Shown one piece after another: positions 12,485 through 31,342 of a stretch of 64,000 nt of DNA (the stretch's first letter is position 1; each line of letters begins with the position of its first letter). A model generated the notes under the pieces. The model had not been told where the DNA came from. It saw only the letters and a list, made by a program, of their open reading frames with translations, and did no database searches. A program made the translations under genes and the position numbers. This DNA is from Octopus vulgaris (Eukaryota): the NCBI GenBank assembly GCA_951406725.2, contig OX597814.1, positions 170,562,001 through 170,626,000 on the forward strand. Direction: 5' to 3'.

Positions 12485-12489
12485 CACCA

Positions 12490-13250
<761 letters not shown>

Positions 13251-13307
13251 ATATATATATATGTATATATATGCGCGTGTGTGTGTGTACATACATACAT
13301 ACAGACA

Positions 13308-13338
<31 letters not shown>

Positions 13339-14151
13339 TTATAGCTTCAGAAAATTATAAACCATGGTTTGATAGTCTTTTTATTCATATATGTACAAGT
13401 ATGTACAAATATATATGAATATGGTCACACATATACTACTACATGCATCAACATACATACGTAACCACACACATTAACAATACTTATACACACACTGACA
13501 CAGACACAGACGCACATGCACACACTTATGAACATGCTCTCACATGTATGTATATATATGCACACACAGTTTTAAGCTAGCATACATACATGTGTTTATA
13601 TGCACATGTATACACATTCTCACACAGCGCATAGAAATACATTGCTCAACACATGCCCATAACCATTGAAATTGTGCCCATAAATATGCAGATACCCACA
13701 AAAACATGTTTGTGTGTGTGTGTAGGTATGTGTGTGTGAGTGGTATATGTTAGTTTACACGCACATGTATGCGTGGGGAGGATGTGTGTGTGTATGTGTG
13801 TGTGTGGCTTCATTCTCATGACATCATTCATGGGAGGTTTCTGCTTCTGTTGGTCTGTTAGGCTGCAGTTTGGGCAGTGAGGCATGTAGACATGCATCAG
13901 AATACATATGTACATGCATACATGCGTACATACATATATACATACATACATACATACATACACACATATATATTTCTATATATACTTCTCTCTTTCTCCC
14001 TCTCTCTCTCTCTTTATCTCTCTCTCACTCTCACTTTCTCTCTTTCTCTTTCTCTCTCTCTCTCTATGTGTTTGTATGTGTGAGTGTGTGTGTGTAAACA
14101 AATATAGAACATATATACATTTGTATATATACTTGTCTCTCTCTCATACAT

Positions 14152-14223
<72 letters not shown>

Positions 14224-14483
14224 GATATATATACATATATATACAAACACACATAGTATATACAAAATATATATATCATATAATATATACATAAGATATT
14301 ATATAATATATATATATGCATGTATGTATGTGTGTATGTATGTATGTATATATGTATGTATGCATCTATATATATATATATAATAGATCTCTATTTATCT
14401 ATGTATATGTATTTACTTGTCTGTGTGTATGGATGTATGTATGTGTGTGTATATATATGTATAATATTATATTTATACCTATA

Positions 14484-14520
<37 letters not shown>

Positions 14521-14618
14521 TCACACACATACATGCACACGCACACACACACATACACACACAAACACACACACATCTGATAACTGTGTAACAATATTGA
14601 TAAATTTTCATTTTGAAG

Positions 14619-14776
14619 CAAAGAATGGCAAAGCCAAAGCTGTGAGCCAGGAAGCGAATGGAACTAAACCAAGCATCCAAGCTGAGGCCGAGCGAATGGC
14701 ATTGAGTAGATTGGATGTAAGTTTTGACAGGATGAGAACAAAGATCATCAATCACAGACACGAAGAATCTTTGAAG
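14619..14776 (+). other. Candidate coding exon with two in-frame alternative donors (14716 and 14776)
   Basis: ttttcattttgaag| acceptor. Open frame AKNGKAKAVSQEANGTKPSIQAEAERMALSRLD|gtaagt, or extended to ...VSFDRMRTKIINHRHEESLK|gtgaaa. Unique island between microsatellites. Confidence 0.5.
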
Positions 14777-14779
14777 GTG

Positions 14780-14929
14780 AAAATAATAACAGTAACAATA
14801 ACAACAACAACGATAATAATAATAATAGTAATAATAATAATAATGATGATAATAATGATGACAAGTAAAACTATAAATATTGATAGTAATAATAATAATA
14901 ATAATGATAATGATATTAATAATAATAAT

Positions 14930-14961
<32 letters not shown>

Positions 14962-14994
14962 AAAATAATAACAATAACAATAATAACAATAATG

Positions 14995-15058
<64 letters not shown>

Positions 15059-15101
15059 TAATGATAATAATGATGACAAGTAAAACTATAAATATTGATA
15101 G

Positions 15102-15146
<45 letters not shown>

Positions 15147-15209
15147 TAATTAATGATAATAATAATAATAATAATAAAAATAATAACAATAACAATAATA
15201 ACAATAATG

Positions 15210-15246
<37 letters not shown>

Positions 15247-15560
15247 TAATAATAAAAATAATAATGATAATAGCAGCAATAATAATGATAACAATAACAA
15301 TAATAAAAGTTGTAATAATAATAATAATGATAACAATAGTAATAATAATAATAATAACCACAATTCCAATAAGAATAATAATATGATAATAATGCTGCTG
15401 CTGATGTTTATGATGATGATAATAAAATAATAATAATAATAATAATAATAATGATGTTAACAGTAACAGTCCTAAAAACCATAATGATAATAATAATGAC
15501 AATCATAACAATAACAACAACAACAACAGCAGCATCAACAACAACGTCAACAACAATATA
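14780..15560 (+). repeat. Compound (AAT/AAC/GAT)n tract with an internal ~215-bp duplication
   Basis: gatgacaagtaaaactataaatattgatagt occurs at about 14856 and 15072. Confidence 0.9.
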
Positions 15561-15594
<34 letters not shown>

Positions 15595-15636
15595 TATGTG
15601 TGTGCGTGTGCATGTATGTATTTATTTGTTTTACAA

Positions 15637-15745
<109 letters not shown>

Positions 15746-16521
15746 CACATACACATACACATATGTAAAACAAATAAATGCAATAAAATAAAATATACAG
15801 AAAAAAAACCGTTGCCATCCATAGCTGATCTAATGAAGACTGATTCTTGATTCCCTGAAACTGGGTGGAGCATGTGAAAGGCTCCTTTGCCATGCCTGGC
15901 TGCATCTTCTTTGGTCTCAACAAGCCAATCCATCTCTGTCAAACCCCTCCCTCCAAAATGGGTGTTCTACTTTTGTTGTTTTCTTTCTTTTTTCCTTCTT
16001 CTCTCTTTCATTGCTTGCCCACCTACCCCTCCACCGTCCCCTGCCGCCCACCTCACCCTCCACCGTCTCTTCTGTTGCACTGCTTGCCACCCAGTGCAGT
16101 ATTGCGCTTGTGTTTCTGCCCGTGTTGCCATTGCCATTCGTTGGGTATTTGGGATGCAGGTTTAGGGTTGGCTGTACCTTCTTTTTTTTCTTTCCCCCTT
16201 TACAACCCCCCCCCCCCAGTGTCTTCCCCCAACCCCTCAACTTCTTCATCCTCAGCCAGCTTTGTTTTCAATGGGAATGGACTTATGTGACATTGGAATA
16301 CCAGCAAAATAGAAGAAATGTAAAGTGTAATGGGTGGGAATGAGGTGTGGAAAGTGGAGAGAGTTAGAAGAATATACAAAAACAAAAAAAACAAATGTTG
16401 ATGGCAACAGTAATGGTGGTGGAGGTGGTGGGATGAAAATATCTGCTTTTAATTATTTTCTAAGATCATATATATATATATATACATATATATATGAATA
16501 TATATGTGTATATATATATGT

Positions 16522-16630
<109 letters not shown>

Positions 16631-16884
16631 TATACACATATATACATATATATACACATACATATATGTATATATACATACACATACTTTTATATATATA
16701 TATATGTACATATATACATTTGGATGTGTGTGTATACTTATATGTATTTATGCATATATGTCTTCATGCATGGGTCTGTATATGAACGTATGTTTATGGT
16801 TGAGGTGAGCCTATAACAGCTGTACAGTTCCAGATATGTTTGCAAACCTCATTTCTATTTGTGTATATGTGTGTATGTATATAT

Positions 16885-17212
16885 AAAGACGCCCCTTCGG
16901 TCATGAATGACCATGGGATTGCACCTAGAAAGTTACCCTCCTAGACACAAGTCCGGGCAAGGTTGTTTATGGAAGACCAGCAGTCGCCCATGCATACCAG
17001 CCTCCCCTCTCCACGCTACCAGTGTTATCCAAGGGAAAGACAAAGGTTGATACAGCTTGGCACCAGTGACGTCGCAACTCATTTCTACAGCTGAGTGAAC
17101 TGGAGCAACGTGAAATAAAGTGCCTTGCTCAAGAACACAACACGCAGCCCGGTCCAGGATTCGAGCTCACAACCTCACGATCGTAAGCTTGACGCTCTAA
17201 CCACTGAGCCAT
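16885..17212 (-). mobile_element. tRNA-derived SINE family C
   Basis: Minus-strand head tggctcagtggttagagcg...gttgtgttcttgagcaaggcac. Other copies at about 30.5k, 30.9k, 43.6k and 53.9k. Confidence 0.8.
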
Positions 17213-17233
17213 GTATATATATATACACACACA

Positions 17234-17830
17234 CAGAGGCATACCTTGGCATAAGTTGTTTCAGTTTAAGTTGTTCTTGATTATATGTCGTTTTCAAAAA
17301 TATATGGAAAAATAAAAATCAAGGTAAGTCATTTTACTCGACTTTACGTCATTGTCACTTGTGATTACTGCAATGGTTTCAAATTCAGATTTGTTTACAC
17401 CTGTTTATCAGCTACTTTCTTATTTTCATTCATTTGTGACTATTTTAGGCTCCCGTGCTCCTAAGAAAATTCATAGTGAAAGTGATAAGCATCATGCTAT
17501 AATGTGGGAAGATAAACTGGCTACAATAAAACGCCATGAAAAAGGCGAAAAAGTGGTAGCAATTGCACAATCTTTCGGGATGAGTTGGACAACTGTATTG
17601 GTGATTGTACATAATAAGGACAAGGTTTTAGCACACATCAAACACACCAAACCATGTATTATTGAAAATGCATTCATAAATAAGCACAGACCTGGGAATG
17701 GTTATTGCTGGTTTAGCCTAGGGACAAGTAAATTCGGCCTAGCATAGCTTAGAGACAAGTTAATTCGACTTAACCAGTTAACGATGTAGGGTCTCCTGGA
17801 ACCAATTAACAATGTAGGGTGAGGTATACT
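17234..17830 (+). mobile_element. Internally deleted Tigger/pogo element
   Basis: ORF 17352-17747 has a CENP-B-type HTH (EDKLATIKRHEKGEKVVAIAQSFGMSWTTV). Degenerate TIRs ggcatacct / aggtatac. The 3' end matches 26697-26828. Confidence 0.75.
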
Positions 17831-18227
17831 CTTTACTCTTTTACTTGTTTCAGTCAGTTGACTGCGGCCATGCTGGAGCACCGCCTTTAGTCGAGCAACT
17901 CGATCCCGGGACTTATTCTTTGTAAGCCCAGTACTTATTCTATCGGTCTCTTTTGCTGAACCGCTAAGTGACAGGGACGTAAACACACCAGCATCGGTTG
18001 TCAAGCAATGCTAGTTGGACAAATACAGACACACAAACATACACGCACACATATATACATATATACGACAGGCTTCTTTCAGTTTCTGTCTACCAAATCC
18101 ACTCACAAGGCTTTGGTCAGCCCAAGGCTATAGTAGAACTTGCCCAAGGTGCCAAGCAGTGGGACTGAACCCGGAACCATGTGGTTGGTAAGCAAGCTAC
18201 TTACCACACAGCCACTCCTGCACCTAT
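17828..18227 (-). mobile_element. SINE family A, full length
   Basis: Homology to 3712-4119. Confidence 0.85.
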
Positions 18228-18229
18228 GC

Positions 18230-18273
<44 letters not shown>

Positions 18274-18291
18274 TGCTGTATATATGTATGC

Positions 18292-18328
<37 letters not shown>

Positions 18329-18329
<1 letters not shown>

Positions 18330-18650
18330 TGCTGTGTCTGGGGAGAGTCATTCTCTTTTAGTGCCTTATAATTTAACACACTCACCGATAAAATTTCCAC
18401 TTATTTCTTTTATATTTTTCTAACATTTTTGTTGTGTCTTGCATCATTTTCAATAGTCAAAACTGTTGAAAAGGTTGCAAGACACAACGAAAATTTTAGA
18501 AAAATAAAAAAGAAATAAGTGGAAATTTTATTGGTGAGTGTGTTAAATTATAAGGCACTAAAAGAGAATGACACTCCCCAGACACAACAGAATATGCTTC
18601 AACACACGAACTCACATAAAGAAACTTGCAAACCGAATCCAAAAACGATA
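18329..18650. repeat. Foldback element with ~125-bp inverted arms (18329-18590) and an unpaired extension, flanked by TA repeats
   Basis: ctgctgtgtctgggga...caatagt pairs with actgttg...tccccagacacaacag around a tiny loop near 18458. Confidence 0.85.
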
Positions 18651-18664
18651 TATACACATACACA

Positions 18665-21030
<2,366 letters not shown>

Positions 21031-21063
21031 ATGTATGTATGTATGTATGTATGTATGTATGTG

Positions 21064-23133
<2,070 letters not shown>

Positions 23134-23536
23134 CACACACACCCACACACATATATATATATTCTAGTGTAAACATGCTATCTCAAAGATAACATATTTA
23201 GCAGTGATAATAGGATTTGTATACTCTCATTATCTAGTGCACATTTCTTTATGTGTGTGTGTGTGTGTGTGTGTCTGTATTTATTTTCTTTTACTTGTTT
23301 TACTCATAGGATTGAACCTTGGCCATGCTGGAACACTACATTGAGGGGTTAAATTAATCAAATCAGCTCTGATACTTATCTAAAGTCATTACTACTGTTA
23401 TTCTGTCAGTTACTTCTGTCAAACTGCTGAGTATTTGGGAAGTAAACAAAAAAATACTGTTTGTCAAGTGTTGACAGAACCACATGCGCACACACACACA
23501 CACACACACATCTATTGGATCTCCCTTGGTTTAAAT

Positions 23537-24172
23537 CAGTGGCTCTCAACCATTTTCTACGCATTGATTCCTTTTTACTTGGGTGGACCCTCAGAGTCAT
23601 TTTTTGGCTAAAATGATCCTATTATATTTGTATGAGCAAAAGGCCCCCCCACTGTCCAATGGACGGTGCTGAGTTGTCAAACATTTAAACCAAATTTTCT
23701 CAAAACAACTTGCCTCACCGTCCCATAGGCCTCTCCTTTGAGAAACACTGATTTAACCTAAATTTGAGACACCAGCAAAAGAAGAAATAAAGATAGACTT
23801 TTTTTCTATTCCAAGAAAAACGATTTTATAAATGCACGTTCCCACGGCTATATCGATCGCATTCTCACCTGGAATCGATTTTTGTAATTTTTTCAAGACT
23901 TATACACACCCCGATACCGTTGGTATCTACACATCAAATTTGAGCGCAATCGGATAGGGGATGCCCGAGATCCTAGAAGACACACACACAGACAGACAGA
24001 CAGAACAGATTTTATATAATAGATGATTAAGTATTATAATAAATTGTATTAAAAATTTGTTAAAATATTTTGTGTATTGTAGAAGTAGAAACAGTTTATT
24101 TCACATAAATTTTAACAATGATGTGTTTTGTGGACCCCCAAAGGTCATATGAACCTTGTTGGAGAACCACTG
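23537..24172. mobile_element. hAT MITE with nested insertion
   Basis: TIRs cagtggctctcaac / gttggagaaccactg. 8-bp TSD gtttaaat / gtttaaac. Confidence 0.75.
23775..24024 (+). mobile_element. DINE-1/Helentron-like non-autonomous element
   Basis: caaatttgagcgcaatcgg, a (GACA)n microsatellite and terminal ttttatataatagat. The 5' boundary is uncertain. Confidence 0.5.
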
Positions 24173-24923
24173 GTTTAAACAATGAGGATTCACTTATTCT
24201 ATGCATACCCATAACACTATTCTTGGACAAAATCAGCATAATACTCAATGGACTGGCAAAGGTTGCCTTGAACTGTACTTTAAAGGGCATCATGAAAACC
24301 CCTATGGCTTTGTCAAAGCTCACATAAGTTACTGTTTTTTCTTTAAGTACCTGTATGGTGACCTCAGGTAAAAAAAATACCATATAGGCAGCAATGTTTG
24401 TGATTATGAACTTGGGTTTTGCCTACCTGTGTATTATGGAACTGTATTGTAAATAGTTGTGTAACACTTGCCTTCTTGCTACATCCTGAATCTGAAATGA
24501 TAGGTATGTGTTTATATATACTCTCTGCCTGTCAAGGGAGTATATATCTTGTCATATCTGACATACATCGTCCAGAAGCCTCCACCTTCTTTCTTGACAT
24601 TATGTGAAAATCACTAGTTTATTTTTTAATGTTCTAAATTTTTTATTTTATATTTATTTATTTATTCTTTTATTTATTTATTTATTTATTTTGAAAACCA
24701 GAAATATTTTACTTTCCTCTTTGCTCTTTCCTGTGATGACCATACTGAACCACTCATGTATATATTAATAAATATGCAAAACTAAGAATAGATATTTACA
24801 AAAATATATGTACACAAATTCCAAGGACGAACCTTCTTTTCTATCCTATTACATATAGACATTTAAATATTCCAAAACCCTTTGCTTATGAAAAAACAAA
24901 CCAAAAATTCTATTTTGCCTTAA

Positions 24924-25144
24924 CCCTTTAGTGTTCACATTATTCTGCCCAAATTAATGCTTTTTCATCCACATCGTTTTGAACTAATTATGCATTATCT
25001 TGTAGCTATGAGATTTTGATGAGGTAGCTGTTAATTTTTAAAGCGATATTGTAGGGTTGGTGTGAGAGATCGGATCTGGCCATTTTGAACATAAAACAAG
25101 CAGAATACTTTTGGCTGGATATGGCCGGTTTAAATGCTAAAGGG
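24924..25144. mobile_element. piggyBac-like MITE
   Basis: TTAA-ccctttag...ctaaaggg-TTAA. Confidence 0.8.
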
Positions 25145-25314
25145 TTAAAGTAACCCTGAGGGAAATCACCTTCAAAACAGAATATCTGTAAATGTGTGTA
25201 CCCACAACAAACAACATCAACAAAATAACAAGTGCAGTATCAGCCTGAGCACTAATAATAATGGTTTCTAACCTGTGCGCAGAGCCAGAAATTTCAGTGG
25301 GGAGAATGTTAGTA

Positions 25315-25537
25315 GTGTGTTTGTGTGTTTGTGTTTGTCCCCCCAACATTGCTTAACAATCGATGCTGGTGTGTTTACGTCCCCGTAACTTAGCGGTTCG
25401 GCAAAAGAGACCGATAGAATAAGTACTAGGCTTACAAAGAATAAGTCCTGGGGTCGATTTGCTCAACTAAAGGCGGTGCTCCAGCATGGCCACAGTCAAA
25501 TGACTGAAACAAGTAAAAGTAAAAGTAAAAGTAAAAG
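25315..25537 (+). mobile_element. SINE family A, 3' half
   Basis: Homology to 3900-4119, with (GTAAAA)n tail. Confidence 0.8.
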
Positions 25538-25609
25538 ATTATATAGACACCAGTACTTGACTGGTCCACTTCCACTTATAGAGCTTCATTAATCCTGAAA
25601 AAGGAACCC

Positions 25610-26070
25610 CTCCCTGAACTCCTTTTACTACCATCTATTTCTAGCCAGTTATGAGCATGTAGGCCTCTGGTAGCTGGTGAGATCATCTTGCTATCTTGTC
25701 TTTGGTCAGCCTCTTGATCTTGTCCATTGTCTTGGTATCAATTCCGTCATCCTGATTGTCCATCTGTTGTCTTTCAGTCGCATGATGTGGCTGACCCATC
25801 TATATTTGTTCTCCTTGATGATTCTTATGATGTCATTGACCCTCATCTGCTGTTGTACCTAGATGTTGGTTTTCTTGTCCTGCAATGTGATACTGTGCAT
25901 GATTTGTTCCATTTTTCATTGGGCTACAATAAGGGCATTCGTGATGGTAAAGCTGAGAGCCTGCGTTTCACAGCCATAAATCATCACTGGCAGGATGTAC
26001 TTGCTGAAGGTCTTTCTTTTAATTTTCATGGAAGCCTTGGGACTTCTCATAAGGTTTTCCCACTTGTCTG
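25610..26070 (-). mobile_element. RTE-clade LINE C-terminal fragment
   Basis: The minus strand reads MEQIMHSITLQD...KYRWVSHIMRLKDNRWT...TRSRG, degenerate. Confidence 0.75.
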
Positions 26071-26429
26071 ATACTTAATTCAATTGACTCCAAGAGGAGA
26101 GATCAAATTTGCCTTTCATCCTTTTGGGGTCGATAAAGTAGGGAACCAGTCAAGCAGTGGGGTCAATGGTCTCAACTAACCCTTTCCCCTTGAAGTTGCA
26201 GGCTTTGTACCAGTTTTTAACCATAGGATGAAAGTTAACTTGAATCTACCTTGCTGGAATTGCACAGATTTTGAGCAGCTACATTGAATTTTCAACAACA
26301 AATGATTCTTTGCTTGCACTTTGATCAGAACCTTTTACAGAATTATATCTACTGCATATCCATAGTCCTTGTTATTCCTCAGCAATTTACCACACTATTG
26401 CTCACATACATGGCTCTATCCATTCATTA

Positions 26430-26828
26430 CCTTATGTATCAGTACAGGTTCATGAGATTTAAGGAGCGAAAAAGTTTTCACTCCATTAAGAAGCAAGGTG
26501 AAAGTACAAACAAGCAGCAACGGAATTTCCAAATGCATTAAAGAAAATCATTGAAGAATATGGGTTTCTTCCCAAACAGATTTTTAATGTATTGGAAAAA
26601 ATTGCCAGACCATTATTTCATTTCCAAGGAGGGTAAAACTATTCCAGGCTACAAGGTCTTAAAAGAACATATGACCTTTATGTAGGGTTGTAATTTTCGG
26701 TTTAGCCTAGAGACAAGTAAATTCGACCTAGCCTAGCCTAGAGACAAATTAATTCAACTTAGGTCGTTTTTCGACTTAAGTCATGTCTCCAGAAACCAAT
26801 TAACGACGTAAGGTGAGGTATGCCTGTA
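26430..26828 (+). mobile_element. Tigger/pogo fragment with right TIR
   Basis: FMRFKERKSFHSIKKQGE..EFPNALKKIIEEYGFLPKQIFNV..WKKLP. TIR gacgtaaggtgaggtatgcctg followed by TA. Confidence 0.8.
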
Positions 26829-27158
26829 GTCTGTTTGAGGAGACCTATGCACAACTTCCAGAGAGATCCTAAAGATCACAGGCTTCAGTCTACTACTCTA
26901 GCTAAGCATTTTTGTAAAATGCTGTTGAAATGCTGAAACAGCCATTTGGTCAGATATCACATGGCCATTATGATCAATCAATGACTATATAGTGAATGTG
27001 TTGCCACTTCACATTTCTGGTAGCTAGGCATTTCAAACAGCTTTTCACTTTTATGTCTCAGTGCAATCAGCACAACTTTCATGTTCAGCATTAGGAAAAT
27101 TGTCAAAGGGTTATTTTCCCTACTGTATGAGCTACAATCTCTCTTTCTCTCTCTCACT

Positions 27159-27259
<101 letters not shown>

Positions 27260-27840
27260 AGGCATATGGCTTAGTGGTTAGGGTGTCAGCACCATGATCG
27301 TAAGATTGTGATTTCGATTCCTGGACCGGGCGACGCGTTGTGTTCTTGAGCAAAACACTTCATTTCATGTTGCTTCAGTCCACTCAGCTGGCAAAAATAA
27401 GTAACGTTGCGATGGACTGGCGTTCCATCCAGCTGGGGTACACATATGCCATAGAAACCGGAAAACCGGGCCCATGAGCATGGCTAGGCTTTAAATGGGT
27501 GCATTTATTTATTATTTATATATATATATGTTTGTGGAGGTGCAATGGCCCAGTGGTTAGGGCAGCGGACTTGTGGTCATAGGATCGCGGTTTTGATTCC
27601 CAGACCGGGCATTGCAAGTGTTTATTGAGCAAAAACACCTAAAGCTACATGAGGCTCTGGCAGGGGGTGGTGGTGATCCCTGCTGTACTCTTTTGCCACA
27701 ACTTTCTCTCACTCTTCCTTCTGTTGGCCTGCTCGCTTAGCCAGCAGGGTGGCATCATTTGAAGGCTAAAACAATGTGAAGCGCATTGTGACTAGCGATG
27801 TGTAGCAACATCTGATAGCCCGTTGGTCACAGTGATCACG

Positions 27841-27845
<5 letters not shown>
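27260..27845 (+). mobile_element. Two tRNA-derived SINEs (about 27260-27510 and 27535-27845)
   Basis: Heads tggcttagtggttaggg / tggcccagtggttaggg with gattcc B-box-like motifs. Homologous to minus-strand copies at 54635-54890 and 60120-60503. Confidence 0.8.
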
Positions 27846-27896
<51 letters not shown>

Positions 27897-28339
27897 CTAA
27901 AAGTTTCTTGCTTTGCTGTGTCTCCAAGCAATCAAGCAATCTTCAGGGTCTGAAGATTACTTGATTCCTTTGAGTTTTCCTAGACCTACGTCTCTAAAGC
28001 AAGAGACTATCAGTATTTTATATCTTTATACTGTGTACATTAAATGCTGTTTATATCTCACCGGATGGGATATTTTTTTCCTTTGTTAGAACAGTAAAAT
28101 TAGTAGTTTGGCAAAAGAGAGTGATAGAATAAATACCAGGCTTGATCTGTTTGACTAAAATTCATCAAGATGTTGCTCCAGCATGGCTGCAGTTTAATAT
28201 CTGAAACAAGTAAAAGATCAAACAATATGTAACCCCTACTAAATGTGTTGAGTGCCCCTTTTCTTTCATTTGTCTACTCACTTCTGTATAGATAGATAGA
28301 TATAAATACAGATATGAATATACACACATATACACATTT

Positions 28340-28990
28340 ATGTGCCGGTGGCACATAAAAAGCACCATCCGATCGTGGCCGTTGCCACCCTCACCTGGTC
28401 CCCGTGCCGGTGGCACGTAAAAAGCACCATCTGTCCATGGCCGTTTGCCAGCTCCGTCTGGCACCTGTGCGGATGGCACGTAAAAAGCACCCACTACACT
28501 CACGGAGTGGTTGGCGTTAGGAAGGGCATCCAGCCATAGAAACACTGCCAGATCAGACTGGGCCTGATGCAGCCTTCTGGCTTCACAGACCCCAGTTGAA
28601 CCGTCCAACCCATGCTAGCATGGAAAGCGGACGCTAAACGATGATGATGATGATGATACCCATGCCGGTGACATGTAAAAATCACCGTCCAAATGTGGCA
28701 GATGCCAGTGCCACCTGACTGGCGTCCGTGTCGGTGACACGTAAAAGCACCAACCGATCGTGGCCATTTGCCAGCCTCCCCTGGCTGGCCCCTGTGCCTG
28801 TGGCACATAAAAATCACCCACTACACTCACAAGTGGTTGGCGTTAGGAAGGGCATCCAGCTGTAGAAACTCTGCCAGATCAGACTGGAGCCTGGTGCAGC
28901 CTCCTGGCTTCCCAGACCCTGGTTGAACTGTCCAACCCATGCTAGCATGGAAAACTGACATTAAACAATGATGATGATGATGATGATGAT
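28340..28990 (+). mobile_element. Tandem pair of family B elements
   Basis: Two consecutive bodies, each ending in (GAT)n. Confidence 0.8.
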
Positions 28991-29996
28991 ACATGCACAC
29001 ACACACACACACACACACAATGAGGTTACTTCAGATGACTCTAGTGTATCTCTATAAAATTGGTTCTTTCAACCTGAAAGTGAAATTATTTTTATTGTGT
29101 GCAGTTTTATTACAATTTCAAAATAATGTATTTTGTTTCATGGCTTGGAGGGAGAAAAAGATGAAACTGGCATAATTCATGGGTGGTGACTCCATTTAGA
29201 CAAGTGACTCTATTTAGACAAGCTAGGTCAGAATATTTCTTGTAGATAGTTAAAAGGTGAGATAAAAGAGACATAAGTATTACACACATCTGTTGCAGGG
29301 GGTGCTGTGGTGGTTAGATTTCTGGGTGGGGACAGAATCAGGAAAAAAAGTTAAAAGAGAAGGAACACCCTTTTTAAAAAAAAAATTTATGAACAGATAA
29401 ATAATTCAGTAGAATGATTAATCACTTGCAAAGCAAGCTTTCTTAACCAAGATCCAAAGATCTAAGAAACCATAATGTATGTTTTTTTTTCTTGGCTTTT
29501 CCCGGCATCCCATCTCACCTAAAAAATAAACCTGCTCTCTGAGTAAAGGTTGAAAGGAGGAATATGAAATAAATATACACACGTACATATATATAAACAA
29601 ACATATTTATGTGTGTGTGTGTGTGTGTGTGTGTGTCTATCTGTCTGTGTGTGTGTATGCATGTATGTGTATGTGTGTGTGTGTTCATATTTATAGATAT
29701 ATATGTTTGGTAATTTAAGAATCCATAAGTCAGAATAAATATATAATACACACAAATATAGATAGATATATACATATAAATATAAATACATTTAACCATA
29801 CGTATATGCATACATACACAGACATACATGTACACATACACACACACACATGCATACACACACACACACAAACCCACACACATACACACATGCATGCAAA
29901 TATTAAAAAAAACCAATAAGGAAAATAAAGAAAAAAATGAGAGAGAAAAACACCTTTTTTTGTCAAAGAAAAGTGGTAAATGTAAATGTTCACTGT

Positions 29997-30251
29997 TTCT
30001 TGAAGAATGGAAGAATAGCCATTCTGATAAGATGTAAGAGGAAGCTGCTTTGGTTGTGACTGTGGAGGATTGAGGTGAAAGAATCGAGGCTTAGAGAAAA
30101 TGGTTTGCCAGATGTCAAATGTGTGAGGCAAGGCTGAACTGCAATTAATCATCTCAGGTGCTTGGTTGCTGAGAATAGACAATTACAAATAAGGACAGTC
30201 ATACTATTTCCTCTTGTATATTATGAAATTTCTGTTTTCTGTTTTCGAGAA
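29997..30251 (+). other. Predicted long imperfect RNA hairpin in a unique island
   Basis: Colinear antiparallel helices 29997-30018/30232-30251, 30032-30043/30208-30219 and 30055-30063/30195-30203, with G-U pairs. Confidence 0.65.
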
Positions 30252-30472
30252 TTCTTCAGAGGGAAACCTTGGCCTAGAACAAGTTAAAGCCTGCTTCGGA
30301 ATTTGAGATTGAATTAATAAAGCTAACATTCCCATCAAATTTATGCCTGTTAGACATTAAGGAGAAAGAAAAAAAAATACTTGTATAAGAAAATAAACCG
30401 AATGGAAACTAGGAATATATACACTAACACATTCATGCAACTCACACCACATACATACACACACATGCATAC

Positions 30473-30526
<54 letters not shown>

Positions 30527-30863
30527 GAGACCCCCTTCAGTCATGAATGACCACGGGATTGCATGTAGAAAGTTCCCCTCCGAGGAATAAGTCTGGGCAA
30601 GGTTGTTTATGGAAGGCCAACAGTCACCCATGCATACTAGCCTCCTCTCTCCACACCACTGATGTTATCCAAGGGAAGGCAGAGAGGCCGATACAGCTTG
30701 GCACCAGTGATGTCGCAACTCATTTCTACAGCTGAGTTAACTGGAGCAACGTGAAATAAAGTGTCTTGCTCAAGAACACAACATGCAGCCCGGTCCGGGA
30801 ATCAAACTCACAACCTCACAATTGTAAGCTTGACACTCTAACCACTGAGCCATGCACCTTCAC

Positions 30864-30897
<34 letters not shown>

Positions 30898-31252
30898 TAT
30901 GTTTATAAAAGGTAGGGTAAAGTCCCCCTAAGTCATGAATGACCATAGGATTGCACCTAGAAAGTTTCCCTCTGAGGCATGTCTAGGTAAGGTTGTTTGA
31001 GGAAGGCTAGCAGTTGCCCATGCATACCATCCTTCCCTCATCCACACCACCCATGTTACCCAAGGAAAAGGCAAAAACTGGTATAGATTGGCACAAGTGA
31101 TGTCGCAACCCATTTCTACAGCTAAGTGAACTGGAGCAATGTGAAATAAAGTGTCTTGCTCAAGAACACAACATACAGCCTATTCTTGAAATTGAACTTG
31201 CTACTTCAAGATTGTGAGCCTGACATACTAACTACTGAACCATATGCCTTCA
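30527..31252 (-). mobile_element. Two SINE family C copies
   Basis: Homology to 16885-17212. Confidence 0.8.
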
Positions 31253-31256
31253 CATT

Positions 31257-31342
<86 letters not shown>

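Noticed and set aside
16074-16125. tattgcgcttg resembling miR-92 family, with a small gcactg/cagtgc stem
   Set aside because: Seed mismatch and no pre-miRNA-length hairpin.
27260-27330. tRNA-like heads (also about 3712, 17140-17212, 43628, 60430-60503)
   Set aside because: They continue into SINE bodies and lack full cloverleafs, so they are not tRNA genes.
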